Source: Ramazzottius varieornatus
Taxonomy: Eukaryota > Animalia > Tardigrada
Assembly (NCBI GenBank): GCA_001949185.1
Contig: BDGG01000008.1
Location: 496,001-560,000 of the forward strand
Direction of reading: 5' to 3'
Length of the DNA stretch: 64,000 nucleotides
Below are positions 32,101 through 46,514 of this stretch, piece by piece (position 1 is the first letter of the stretch; each line of letters starts with the position of its first letter). The notes below the pieces were generated by a model. It made no database searches. It saw only the letters and a program-made list of their open reading frames with translations, and was not told where the DNA came from. Both the position numbers and the translations under genes were made by a program.

Positions 32101-35100
32101 CAATAGCATCAAAACTATTGTTTCTTACTTGTCACAGATTCTGCCAGTGACTCGTTCTTTACACTGACAAAGTTCTCCTTCCACTTTCCCGCAGCCTCCA
32201 AACGATGCAATGAGGCCGGCCGGGTGGCAGTTGCACCCCTCACAAAGCGGATAGTTGTAAAAGCCTACAAGGTGGTAGAAAACCTCAGTTAAGTATCAGC
32301 CGATAAGATTGACAGGTTGGCTCACCTTCGGCGCAGGCGTTGCATGTCTTGCCGACAAAGTTCTTCTTGCACTGGCATTGTCCCCTGACGTCACATGTGG
32401 TGCCAATGGTTCCATAGGAGTCACAGTTACAGGCCAGGCATTCAGGGAACTTGTAGTAGCCAGCCGCGCACATATCGCATGCTCGGCCGGAGTAGTTGTT
32501 CTTGCAAGGACAGCGTCCACTGACGGGGTCGCAGACATCATTGACTGATCCAGCTGGGTCGCAGTTACACCTTGCGACCGGCAGACGTCCGAAGTAGCCC
32601 GGTGCCGTCTGGTCGCATCGCGGTCCGGTATGTCCAGGCTTGCACTTGCACACGCCGCTGCTCTTGTCGCAGATGTCTTTCTCGGTGCCCGACGGATCAC
32701 AGTCACAGGGTGTGCAGTTGGGACCGGAGTAACCATCAGCGCTACAAAGTGACGATTGTCGACGAATGGTACAACCGTGAGAACCTAAGGGAAGACTTGA
32801 ACCCTACCACTGGTTACACCGACGTCCTCCGAAGTTGTTGGTACAAACGCACTGACCAGTTCCGCGCTCGCAGGTGGTACCAGGGACCGTGCCACGAGCA
32901 TCGCAGTCGCAAGCAGTACAGTTGGGAAAATCGAAGAAGTTATCCATACACTGCAAAACGGCAACATGGGAACTTGGCTTCACATGTCAAACGACATGCG
33001 GTATCCCGAGAAACTCACCTGATCGCATTTGGGTCCGGTATAGTTTGGCTTACATGGGCAGTTGCCAAAGCCGGCGTTGCAGACTTGGTTAATCGTTCCG
33101 TTGTAATTACACTCGCATGGCTTGCAGGTCGGATAGTCAAAGTATCCGATGTTGCTGTTAATTAGAAGGCGGTAAGTGAAACGGTTAGTGTCAAGTATTC
33201 TTCCCTCCATAATTACAGTAATACCACAACTGTAAGGAAACTTACCAGCGATCGCAGTTCGTTCCGGTGAAATTTTGCTTGCACTCGCAAATTCCAGTAA
33301 TCTCGGCGCAGTTCCCGGTGGAAAAGCGTGGGTCACATCGACAAACTGAAAAGGTCGCGAGATCACCTTATCGTACGCTAACCGGAATCTTCGAAGAATA
33401 TAGTGAGCTGTGAGCCTGAGTTCGAGGATTACTTTGGCAAGTGTCCCTGTCGGTTTTCATTTTGCCTTTCGGGTGAAAGTAACCATTTCGGCATTTCTCG
33501 CAGTTGATTCCTTCCGTGTTGTCCTGAAAAATGCCAGATCCAGGTTCCGATAGTCAGAATGACACGAAACAGACATCAAAGTTCCTTGACGATACTGTAC
33601 ACCAAATTAGCTTACTCTGCAATTGCGGCAGACGCCACCGCCCTCATAGTTGCCGTGAATGTCCAGACTGAGATGCTTTTCGTCGACATCTGCGCTATAT
33701 TCGCATTCCGTCGAATGACCGTGACAATTACAGGCTAAAATCAGAAACCATTTCAGTGCGCATTTCACGCCCTGTACGCTTGAGATTATGTGAAAGTCTA
33801 TGAAGGCTTCTGGAATAATCAAAGGCTACGCTACTTACGCTCGCAGGCGTTGGAGCTGTTTTCCATAGCAGGTTTCCATTTTTTCTACAAAATGGTCATG
33901 TTATACGAGATTGATTTTGAGTGCCCAAATACAGAAGATGACAATGCTGTCTCACGCAAGAGATACCTGAACGAATCCTGGGCAGCAGTGGTCGCAGTAA
34001 GGTCCACAGGTGTTATGGACGCACCGGCAAAGCTGTCGAGAGGGTTCGTTGGGATCTTGGACATCACACGAGCTGGCATGACCGTTGCAGACGCACAGAC
34101 CACCGACACTGATGTCTCTGACACTGTAGTAGTACTAAAAACAGAAAAACACTCTTCTCGATGTTGTACTCTTATTCTAATTGTTTTTTTCAAGACCTCT
34201 GATATTTGGAACTTGGTAGACAAACTCGGCAGGATCGATTTTTCAAGTGGCGCACGTCTTCAGCTGATAACACCGCAACCCGTGCGCCACTTGGGAAAAC
34301 ATCTTGGTGCGTTTATTTGTTGAGCGCCCACTGAATGTTTTCCTTACTCGACGTGTAACGGTTGGATCTTGCCGGACGACACCCGTAGTATGGCCTAACA
34401 GTGTTTTCATCCGTTGGAACTGGAAGCGGACGTTGGTGGCCTTTGTCCAGTTTTGGAGTACCGAGTTGGAGAGAAAGTTCCCGCGGCCTGGTCGATCGTT
34501 CACGAGGGAGACAACGATCTATTTGATAAAAAATGGCCTAATCGGTGAGAAATCAGATATGATAAGGAATTTCAGTCTGTACCCACCTCTCCTCCTTCAA
34601 GTGGCACGATTCTGCTGTATTTGGAGGTACATATCACATCGTCGTCTTTCAAGATGGGCTGATCAGGCTCAATACCAAAGTACGATTCACAGTCGGAAGG
34701 CTCGGCAAAATGCTGCCACGGCTGCCATGTTTTCCCGTAGTCATTTGATCGTAACAGGGTCCAAACTTCGGGTCTTGGACTGTTACCCATTCTCAGCAAC
34801 AGATAGGCCACATGGAATTCCTGGAAAAGCCAAAACACATTTAGAAAAAACTGATGGGCATGGTCCATATTAGGGTCGACACTTCTGATATTCAACCCAG
34901 ACTTCTGAGGAGCGAATCTTCAATTCGGTTTAGTGAAAAATAAAGTACGGTACTGTTGAATAAGAAAGCTAATAAACGGACCTGGTTGAAATCGATGGTA
35001 AGGTTGACTTCCATGAACTGTGCTCCTCTTGAAAGCGGCGGGCTTTGCCACCTGGAAAAAAATTAAATTCTGGAAAAATTCTGGACAAAATATGGACAGA

Positions 35101-35461
35101 GTATCCAAGTCTGACTTTGCGAGTCGGTATTGCATTCGGCATACCATCTTTCCGTTCCGTCGTTGGCGTTTTCGGCTGGATGAGACTGGTCCGCCGAGTT
35201 TGCATCGCAGTAATCGCAAATTTGTCCGTTGATGACAAAGTACTTCTCATGTCCGACACGTTGTTGTTGGTCTCCTCTTTCCAAGTTGGCACCGGTAAGT
35301 TTGCAGTATAGTTCCGGTTCCCCTTCTCCGCAGGTTGCTGTCGCAGAAATTCGACGTCCTGTGGCCAAATTGAACTGCCCAGGTTGCAAGCCTGCCGCTT
35401 GCGAATAAGCTCGCTCACAACAGCAAAGTACCATAGCAAAAACAATTAAATTCGTACCCAT
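20110..35461 (-). CDS. LanA: Laminin alpha chain (alpha3/5, LanA/epi-1 type), many exons
   Basis: Signal peptide; LN domain ([25 protein letters not shown]); three LE (EGF-like) arrays with two domain-IV globules ([10 protein letters not shown]); coiled coil; five LG domains with a Thr-rich G3-G4 linker; ends SCPIA*. Confidence 0.96.
21789..21911. mobile_element. Palindromic family copy (laminin intron)
   Basis: ggcaaaccaaacgtacaaga...caagctgcgcacg / cgtgcgccacttg...tcctgtacgtttcgtctgcc..ttccca. Confidence 0.8.
29340..29464. mobile_element. Palindromic family copy (laminin intron)
   Basis: tggaagctcggtaaac...ccaagtgacgcat / gagcgccatttg...ggtccca. Confidence 0.75.
30713..30837. mobile_element. 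Palindromic family copy (laminin intron)
   Basis: tgggaactcgg...ccaagtggcagac / tgtgccacgtgg...gtttgccgaggtctca. Confidence 0.75.
34207..34330. mobile_element. Palindromic family copy (laminin intron)
   Basis: caagtggcgcacg at 34244 / cgtgcgccacttg at 34281, a perfect 13-bp pair. Confidence 0.85.
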
Positions 35462-36129
35462 CTTTGGCCAAATCTTCCTTTCGGACTATGATAAATTAGA
35501 CGGGCATCTTGAGCTTGTCCGACATCACCAATTAATGCTAGCTTGCTTTTGTCTCGCACTGTGTGGACGCCTAGCGAATAACTTGGTGGTAGAATTTGGT
35601 GGAAGCCACCTCGAAATGGAAGTCGATTGGAGGAAAGATTCAGCAGGGTGACAGTCACATCTGATTCATATCGATCGTATCGATGAAAGGCAGATATCCT
35701 CACTGAAATACGACGCTAAGGCGTGGACCACGTACCACTTCCTTTCACACGAACGCCCGAAGAAGCTGTGAAAACTTGCCGCTTACTTTCGGTGTCCTTT
35801 ATCACGAACAACGATTCTACAAAAATAAATAGTACGTCAGAATTCTTTAAATAATCACGAGTTAATGCTGTAAGACACTGGCAGCGGACACCGTTGATTC
35901 AGACTACGCGACCGCTGGGAGAAGGAAGGAGAAGGAGAAGAGTAAACTACGTGAAAAGGTGCAGAACAAAGATCTTAAGCAAACAAGTAGGCCACTCATG
36001 CAAGACTCAATTACTGATTAAGTGCTGATTTATTATCACCCAACTCCCTTATCTTCATTTGACGCCAAGGAGGAAGAAGAGCTTTCAAGGCAGTGTGTTG
36101 GTGATTCGTCAGCTTGGCCCATGAATACC

Positions 36130-38070
<1,941 letters not shown>

Positions 38071-38207
38071 TGGAAGAAAAACGGATCGGATGCAGTGTAA
38101 AGGAAGAACACACCGTGCAGCCCGGAAGTGTATCAACTGATGAGATGAAAATGATCAGCTGTTCGCGAATCGCACTGTTCATCAATAAACGGATAAACAA
38201 TCAATAA

Positions 38208-38636
38208 GGGCTTACAAAGATACATTACACCGCTGGTGGAATTACAACGCTGGTGTAATCGGCTCCACCTACACCTTTACGATTGGCCTATTCATTCCAC
38301 CAGACATTATACTTTCGGTGTAATTACGAGTCGCTCCGGAACGACTCGTAATTACACCAGACTTAACCAACATCCCGAGAGCGCTGTGCTCCCCTCCAAA
38401 CTTTCAATGTTACTTCTATGACGAAGTTTCTCGCCACCCGTTCTACTGGTGAGTGTATGGTGGTTCCTCCGACATCAAAGATCTTATAATCCTCCGATCG
38501 TACTTACTTGCAGTACGGGGCTTTCAAAGCCAGTCGTTGCACCGCTTTCCTAACTGGTCAAAAAAACTTTCTGGGCATATCCACCAAAGTAGCTGGTGTA
38601 ACTACACCACCAAGCCAGCTTAGTCTTTGTAAGCCC
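38208..38636. mobile_element. Non-autonomous PIF/Harbinger (Tourist-like) MITE, ~430 bp
   Basis: Perfect 13-bp TIR GGGCTTACAAAGA / TCTTTGTAAGCCC flanked by TAA and TTA; many subterminal GGTG(T/G)AAT / ATTACACC motifs; both ends match those of the 50412-52865 element. Confidence 0.85.
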
Positions 38637-39261
38637 TTATTCAACGGAGAATGGATGAGCTGTACGGCTGCAGTGACGTCAGCGCGGGATTTTCAGGCTA
38701 CAGGTAAATCAGGAACTTCTGGGTCCACCGAAGAACCTGTAGTACTTCGGCAGCTAATCCACATAAACTCCGAAAACGAGAAGTTTGCTGAGCACTGCTG
38801 AGATATTGATTTCAGTTGTAAGTGTTGATGAACTGTACGCTTCGAGGCTACTGCAACATTGAGCATGCGTGACACCAACAAGAAACCCGCCACTATCCAT
38901 GCGTGTAGGCGCCGTATCGTAAGGCCCAGGCGTCGAAGAAAAGACATAGACTCCTAGCATAAGTTTCAACTTGACTGGAACCGGGAACTCGGGCTATTAG
39001 ACAGCGAGTACTAACCAAAAGCATACTGGGGCTTTTACAGTATTAGGAAGTCAGCTTTTCCGACAAATAAGCAAGCAAGCGTCGTAAATTGTCAGCTAAC
39101 TGCAGGGGATCAGCTTTGTCATATTACCAATAGCTGGAATAACAGAGATGCTGTAACATCAGAAGAATAAATTCTGGTAAAAAACAAAGGAAATTACTCA
39201 GGCCGAGCTCATTTCCTGTTCAATATTGTCAGCAGCGAGATAGTAACAATCTAACCGAAAA

Positions 39262-41486
39262 TCAGCCGTGATTCTGCTGGTTCAAAAGCATGAGAGTCAT
39301 AAGGTGAGCGTTGACTTCACCAGGAAGCGGGACAGGGTTCGGATATTTCGCAACTTTTTCGATCCATTTGAGGTACAGCGAGACTCGCGTGTACACTGCC
39401 GGCTTCTTCCCGCCACATCTATGGAAAGATAGGCATAAAACACTCACCTACTTATGTAACCACACCGTGCACGTACCCTGCTCCATAACTGATGATACCG
39501 TCGAGAGTCCAGTAAGCGTCGCTGCCCACTCCGTTACGACAAACTAGCGGACCTCCGCTGTCCCCCTTACAGGGCTCAGCCTACAGAATAAAAAAAAAGC
39601 GATTCAGTCAGCCTCGACTGGGTGGGCCTCGTACAGTGAGTGTTACCTCGTCAGCAGACCGCATGGTGCAGATCATGTTATCTTTTAACAAGGACTTCCA
39701 GTAGGTGGAGCAATTCCTGCGGTCCTACAGGAGTATGAACTTCTGATTGCCTCGTCTCAGTTCAGTCGGCAGTGCAACTGTTAAGCTTTTCCTTACCAGA
39801 ATCGGCACGACGGCTTGTTGTAGAACTTCCGCATGGGTAGCCAGAGGATTATCAGAAAACTGGTGCACACTGATGGCTCCGTCCGCTACCCTCAGTACCC
39901 TGAGCCGCGCGTCCCTTCGCTTCAGAAAATTTAGGGCTTGAAGAAGAGCTGGTTGATATTTGTACACATTTTTCCCGTTCTCCGTAAGCAATATCGGTAT
40001 ATCTTTCACAGATTTGGACGTGGTTGAAACGCTGGCGCCAGTCGTAGAGCTTTTTGAGTAAGAGCTTATAGTTGTGGCTGCAGTTGGTCTTACGGTTGTT
40101 CTTGTGGTCGTTCGTGCGGCGGTTCGAGCGGTGGTTACGTTGCTCCTCTTAGTCGATTGTGGTGTCGTGGTGATACGTTTAGTCTTGGCTGTTGTAGCCG
40201 ACGGGGTGACGGAAGTCGCAGGCGCCTTACTGACGGAAGTCGAAGTGCTGGATGCAGTCCAGGTCGTCGCTGGTGTGGTTTCACTCGTTATGATGGTGGT
40301 AGCGGAACTTGTTGATGCGGGTGAGCTCGACATCGAGGAGCTCGTCGACTCTGTGTTTGCCTTCGTCGGTGTCGAATCCTGAAGTTCGATGGAGCCAGAA
40401 GCAGAAACTGTTGTCACTGGCGTTGTAGTTGAGGTTGGCGTCGTCACTAACGTTGAGGTCGAAGTAGAAGAAGGGGTAACAGATGGTGCGGAAGAGGCGG
40501 TAGTGCTGTTACCGGTCTCGTTCAGGTTCGGAGCAGGGATCGCCACAAACTGATCCAGGTACCGACCCCATCCCGTTACAACGCATTGTTTTCCTGGTTC
40601 CGGGTCGTCATTAGCCGCTGGTAGACACACTGCCGAAATTCGCTCAGTGAAGACCATTGGGTACGTAAGTCGAATAACACTTATGTCGTTGGTAGGAGCG
40701 CCCACCGAGCTGTAGTATGGATGCTTGAAAACTGCAACTACGCTGTAGTCCCTCTCCACTTCTTCGGCCGCTGACATGTTATATTCCGCCACTCTTATCA
40801 CGTATCGACTTGGTACCGTCCTGAAAAAGAAAACAGACAAAACTGAGCCCACTGAGCAAAGCCTGGCATCGCGAAGTAGAAGTTAATCGTAGTCATAAAA
40901 TGTCTTACGGTCCCGGGAAACAGTGTCCAGCTGTGAGGATGAATAGCGGGTTTAGTATGGTTCCTCCACAGAAGAAGGAGATGCCGCCTTTCACACGCTC
41001 TCCTATTCGGACCTGAAATCACAAAAGACAATGTTTGATGTGGAAGGATGGTCCACAGCAAGCGAACTTTTTCAGTGTTCCCGGAAGTTTGCACTTGCCT
41101 GCCATGGCCAGCTTCCCGGTATGGCGCTTTCCCCTCCTACAGAGCCAATCATACAGTAGCATACTTGTTAGCCAAAACCGACGAAGTAACAGTACTTTGT
41201 GGTCGGATTTTCAAATTGGCAGTTCCCGGGAAATTTGGGACTTGGGGTGTACCTAATATCCGATGGCCCGACAAAAGAGAGGGAGTAATAGCAGGTCGTC
41301 CACAAAACTTTACTTCCGCCTGTTGAGCGCATGAAATGAATCCGAGATGGAGCGTCGAAGCTGAAAAGAGCAAACAGGCCTACTATGCCCATATCTCAAA
41401 GGCACGAAGCTTTGTTATAGTCGACACGAACCTGCAGAAAGCACAAGAAGCCATCGACCCAGGAGATGCTGAAACCTGGAGATCAT
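39262..41486 (-). CDS. Secreted trypsin-family (S1A) serine protease with an internal Ser/Thr-rich insert
   Basis: Signal MISRFQHLLGRWLLVLSAAS...; CGRP...R|ILGG activation site; GSWPWQ; TAGHC (His), NDISV (Asp), CKGDSGGP (Ser); PAVYTRVS. Confidence 0.9.
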
Positions 41487-41989
41487 CCCGGATCCAGGTC
41501 TTCCAGCGAAGATGTTGCAGCCAGCAGCACGAACTTCCTAGCCCTTCCGAATTTATGGGGATGTTCCCTCCTTCAGTCAAAAGATTGGAAGGAATCCGCT
41601 CGGACGCGTTATCGGAGGAAATTCCTTCAGTTCGCCCGCATTGACTTGCTAGAGCATAGGTCACGAGGATCTCACTGCGGCTCGATCGCCTCTGTGGCGC
41701 GGATGAACTTGCCAGGAAACATACTGCTGATCTGACCGTTTGCAAAGTCGATCTTCAAGCAATACGTGACTTCGACTGCCACTTCAGCAGGGCATCTCCA
41801 CGCAAAGCACAGTCTATAAAAAGGCTAATAACGAAGGCAACGACTCTAATACCACACAACCTAAATGGAAACTATTTTTACAGAAGATGCAGAAAGAAAC
41901 GGTGCATAAGGCAGAACTAACAACCAGCGTATGACGAACGAGTAAAACAATAACACCTCAAACGGATGACTTCAGAATCACAATTACAT

Positions 41990-44900
41990 TCAATCCCATT
42001 TCCATTCACCCTTCTCTTTCATCCTTCTCAAAATTTCTTTGCGTGCTGCACCCATGAACCGCATGCTCATTCTGGTGGATATCATCAACGGTACCGTCCC
42101 CAGTAGCCAGCTCTACAAAACATACAAGATTAGCAAGCCCAAGCCAAAGCCAACCTAACATCCCACCATGGTCCGAAGCGTCCGCATCCAGACAAAAAAG
42201 GAAGCTTTCGCCCGCATCAAAGACAAACCTGTAAAGCATGCGAGTAATGTCCATGAGTCCGCGTGAAGTATCCCACGGTGTTCAGGCAACTTCGGGCGTA
42301 CTTGAACGAGTCAATGATCAACAGGTTAGTTTCTGGCTTGCCAGACATATTGGTCGCAACGACGAAAGGTTGGATCGACTACAACGAAAACAGAAACATT
42401 GACAAAACTACAGCGTGACTTTCGAAGAAGGAAGATATAAGGTCTGTCTGGTAGTCCATACCTGAATTATTAATCCTTGGTCGCGGTACTCCATGTCCAT
42501 TGCTAGTGATAGGAAGTTATTGTAGGCCTTGCTGGCTGAGTACAGCGCGATCAACGGGACTGGTGTATCACCAGCAGCGGATGACAGGTTGATGATGACG
42601 CCTTTCTTCCTCTGCACCATTTGAGGCAGGATGATCCTCGACATCTGTAAGAAAAAGAGAAAAGTAAACCGAAATTCAGGCAAGTTAGAGCGAGCTTGAC
42701 GTTCCAGCTGACCATTGTCTGGGCCACCATATTACAACGGATGAGATCCGTGCAGGCTTTATCCCCTTCCGGTATCAAGTGGAAATGTTCCGGATACTTT
42801 TGCATCATTCCCACGTTGTTAACTAAAAACAAAGAACCTTAGTCGACAAACATATGCAAAGAGTATCGTTCAATCAGGTCCAAACAATAATGGGAGGCCG
42901 GTAAGCAATCTTTGAGGACCTGCTATCTCAAGTGGCGCACTTTTCTTTGTTTCTGGCTACAGTGCTGAAAATGCATCTTTTTCGGTGGTAACGTGATGTT
43001 AGTGAACATTGATTGGTGTTAGAGGACCACGTGACCACCGGAAGGGATGATTTTCAGCACTGCAGAAATCTGTGCCACTTGAGGCTTGTCCCGAGATTGT
43101 TTGCCGGCCTCTCAGATCATCAACCTACCCAAAGTACCGACTTCCAGCTTGCTCAGCTCCCTCTTCAGGTAAGGGTACACTTCCTCTTCGACTGATGTAA
43201 AGTCTGCCACCAAGATCTTTGTCCTGACATTGTACAGCGTCTCTGCAAGACATACAGAATTATATAATCGACTGCGAACTTAAATCTCAGTTATTTCCAC
43301 ATAATCTAGCGGTAAACCTGAGCGCAACAATGGTTTGCACCGTATGGTTCTGTCCAGCTTTCAAGTGTCCGGCAAATTTGACCGGTCAGACATTCTCACG
43401 TTAAGTTTCTCCCATTCATCACAGCGCGTTCGATATATCAAGTCATAGGTGGATCCTATTCGAACGTCCAGAAACATTCCCTCTACTTTAGTCGGCTCCA
43501 GATTGCGGCACTTGCTGGGACCAACAGACTTTCTTGCTAAATCTCGCCGCGGACCTTCATCCGACCTGTAAACCCCTTCCTACGCATCTAGACAACCTTT
43601 ACAACCGCAACCGCCCTGCGTCGAGTGCGAAACTTCGAGCCTCCGCCGGAAACTACGACCATCTAAAAAATGGACAATGTCTCCCACTTGGGCCACAGTC
43701 TATCGGTTCCATCCGGACCCAACAACACGGATCAAAAAGAGATGAACTGGTCTTTCGGTTCCTCCTTTATAATTTGCTTACCGCTCAGCATAACACGACT
43801 GACCAGCAGTCTTAAGCTTTTCCTTTTCGTTCGCTACCCCCAACTTCTACCCCCCTCTCCATCTGTCGCCAGTTTATCCCTGTCGATCGTCCTCGTCGCC
43901 CTTTTCCAGTATTCCATCTTACTAATCGACGATCTGTACAACAAATGGTGGATGGGATGGTCCGTGAGCACACTATTCCGATATGTTGCTCTTACATATT
44001 CTGCGGAACTCAGACCAACGGCCATGTGCTGATCGCCAGGAACCGCTTGCGGGCAGTACTCTTCCGATGTCCAACCGGCAACCCCTCAGACACCGGTTCG
44101 CTGACTTCGCTCACCGGTCCATCATTTGCATGCGGCTGTGTCTGCACGTATGTTGTCTAGCGGGTATTTTGATGAACACTGTCTGATACCGGAAACCACT
44201 GAAAACCCACGGCTACCACGTGACCATGCCTTCCCTAGCAGTCCAGTCCTTGACCATGCAACTACTCATATTCGATGCACCTATACTGGTTCTCATTCTG
44301 TTATACCCTGTCATCTGCTGGAAGCCAGTTATCCAGTGAAAAATCCAGTGCACCAAAAACGGAAGCCAGAAGAGCTATGGAGCTTCTCGAATACGTTGGA
44401 AGATCTAGCCGTCCCGCTACTCCCGTTAAAGCAGTAACGGACCAAGATCTAGAGCCGACTAACGCCGTTCCGGAGACTGCTGTCGTTGCCGTAATGGAGA
44501 GTCCCGGCACTGCTGCATGCCGCCAAAGTCCCCGGCACGGTCGCTGTCGGGCTCGAAAAGCAAGGTTTCCGCGCTCTGCTGCTGTACAGTCGGCCAGAAG
44601 GGACGCGGTCGAGGACTACTCGTGTTGACCGTCATAACGTTCTCTGACCAGTTTCATGATGCAAGTTGATTCTAACTCTTTGAATCGTTTTTGAACCTCG
44701 CGGAAAAAATCAGCAGCTATCTCCTTGCTTCCAGAATTAATCGGCAGGTGGCTTCAGTATCCAACAACGATTCCTGGAAGTTCCATAGAGATCGCGTGCA
44801 TCTCAAAAAACACACAGAAATGTTTAACCTACACGTACCCGGAAATCAGTTAGCGGTTTGAGCACCCCACATTTTCGCAGTCGAAATTAGTCACCCGCTA

Positions 44901-46514
44901 AACAAAAGTTTTAAAAAAACCTCTGCTCATGCTAGATCACTCAAAAATCTGTTGGCGGGGGACAAACTGTTCTTCTCAAATGCCGTTCCGCGTTTGGACA
45001 TGCAACACTTCAGTTCGGACTGCAGCGAAAAGAAATTCGGTTTTCTCATATTTTTCGTTTTTGAGTAAACGATCAACTTCAAGCTAAATTTTATTTGTAA
45101 ATTTAACCAATCAGTTGTCCAGTGGAAAATGTTCGGGAGTGTGATCTATTTTCGTATTTCGACCAAACAATATCGGAATAAAATGTAAATTTTTGGTCGA
45201 GAAATGACGGTTTTGTTTTCGATTTCCTCTGAGATCTCCAGGAAGTTTGCTTAAAACAGGTACACGAAATCGATAGCCCGGAAAGTGGTCTATCAGATAT
45301 CAAAGCGGTGAAAAATGAGACTGGACATAATAAAGTTTCGCTACCGGAAGCCGAAGACGGCTGATGGGTGTTTTCCGGGTAGTTCGAGTTTGTTTTCACG
45401 TTTTCTGGGTATAAGCAATCTCCACGAAACTTTCAGGGATCGTATTCGGATGTAGGAACCATCTAGTAATTAAATCCGGAAGCAAGGAGATGATTGCTAG
45501 TTTTACGGTAAGATCTCAAAACCGATCCAGAGAACTACAATTACCCTGTACTGCAGTGGGAATATTCGGGACTGACAGCCCGAATATGTACTCAAAAGCG
45601 TCCGTCCTGTACAAACTGATCGCGGTTTTGGACACCATTTGGTTAACGCTGACAGTCGCACCACTCCGTACAGCTTTTCGTGAAACGTACTTTCTTCATT
45701 TTTTGCTAAGCCAAACCCATTCTGCTCGCTGAATTGTTCCACTCCTAAAGTCTACTATCACTCCAAAATACTGCACCGAATCACTGCCTCCTTACCATAT
45801 TCTCTAGATATCTGGAGAATCATATTCTCCAGTGGAGAACATGCCCCGAATACCTACGTAAACGGAACTGGCACGCAACCACTTCCGGGTTCACACGCAT
45901 ATAGGCCGTAAAGTATACGCAGTCGGGCTAAATCACACCGTAATCTGGCGCAAGTCCCGTACTGACTAGGAATACACTAAAACTTTGATCAGTACCTAAA
46001 CAGCCTTTCTATCTCTCTTTCTCACTGGACTTCCGAGTGCTAGCGCAAACGCGAGACTGTCCGGAAGTCCATTTAAATTTCAGGCAGGCTAGACTCACCA
46101 ATCTCAGCAGCGACTGTCCGAAGCTTCTTCTCTGTCCGGCTGATTAGGACGATGTTGCAGCCTCTTCTCGCAAGCTATAAAACCACACATAAAACCTTTT
46201 TCATTGAGACAGCGTTACAGACAACTTCTTACGTCGAATGCGTATCCTTTCCCGATTCCATCTGTAGCACCGGTCACCACTGTAAATGCATGAAATGTAC
46301 GATGAAACGGTAAGTCAGTAAGTCTGCATACAGCGGCCACTTCACCTGCCCATTCTCCGAGCTTGGAGAACTGCTGAGTGAGACCCAAAGGTTCTGCAAG
46401 GACGAAGACGAAGAAGTTCTTTGCAACGAAATAGATCGTTTTGAGGACGAATAGCACGGCAATGCTATTCGGAACGAAGAGGAACAAAGTCCACTGCCAG
46501 CTGTCGGAAGCCAT
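41990..46514 (-). CDS. HSD17B12: Very-long-chain 3-oxoacyl-CoA reductase / 17beta-HSD12-like SDR
   Basis: N-terminal TM; GEWAVVTGATDGIGKGYA; LISRTEKKL; LVNNVGM; YSASKAY (YxxxK); PFVVATNM; one ~2.85-kb intron (43243-46098). Confidence 0.9.
42891..43114. mobile_element. Palindromic family copy interrupted by a nested element (HSD17B12 intron)
   Basis: tgggaggccgg...caagtggcgcac at 42929 / tgtgccacttg at 43071...ccggcctctca. Confidence 0.8.
42960..43062. mobile_element. ~103-bp MITE with CAGTG termini (Tc1/mariner-like), nested in the palindromic element
   Basis: cagtgctgaaaatgcatc...cggtggtaacgtg versus cacgtgaccaccgg...gatgattttcagcactg; preceded by TA. Confidence 0.7.
44640..45560. repeat. 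Degenerate long inverted repeat in the HSD17B12 intron; probable old DNA-transposon/foldback remnant
   Basis: The reverse complement of ~44700-44795 (gatctctatggaacttccaggaatcgt...ggaagcaaggagat) aligns with ~45417-45503 (aatctccacgaaactttcagggatcgt...ggaagcaaggagat). Confidence 0.6.

Noticed and set aside
34597-34608. caagtggcacg match to the palindrome core
   Set aside because: It lies in a laminin coding exon with no partner arm; a chance match.
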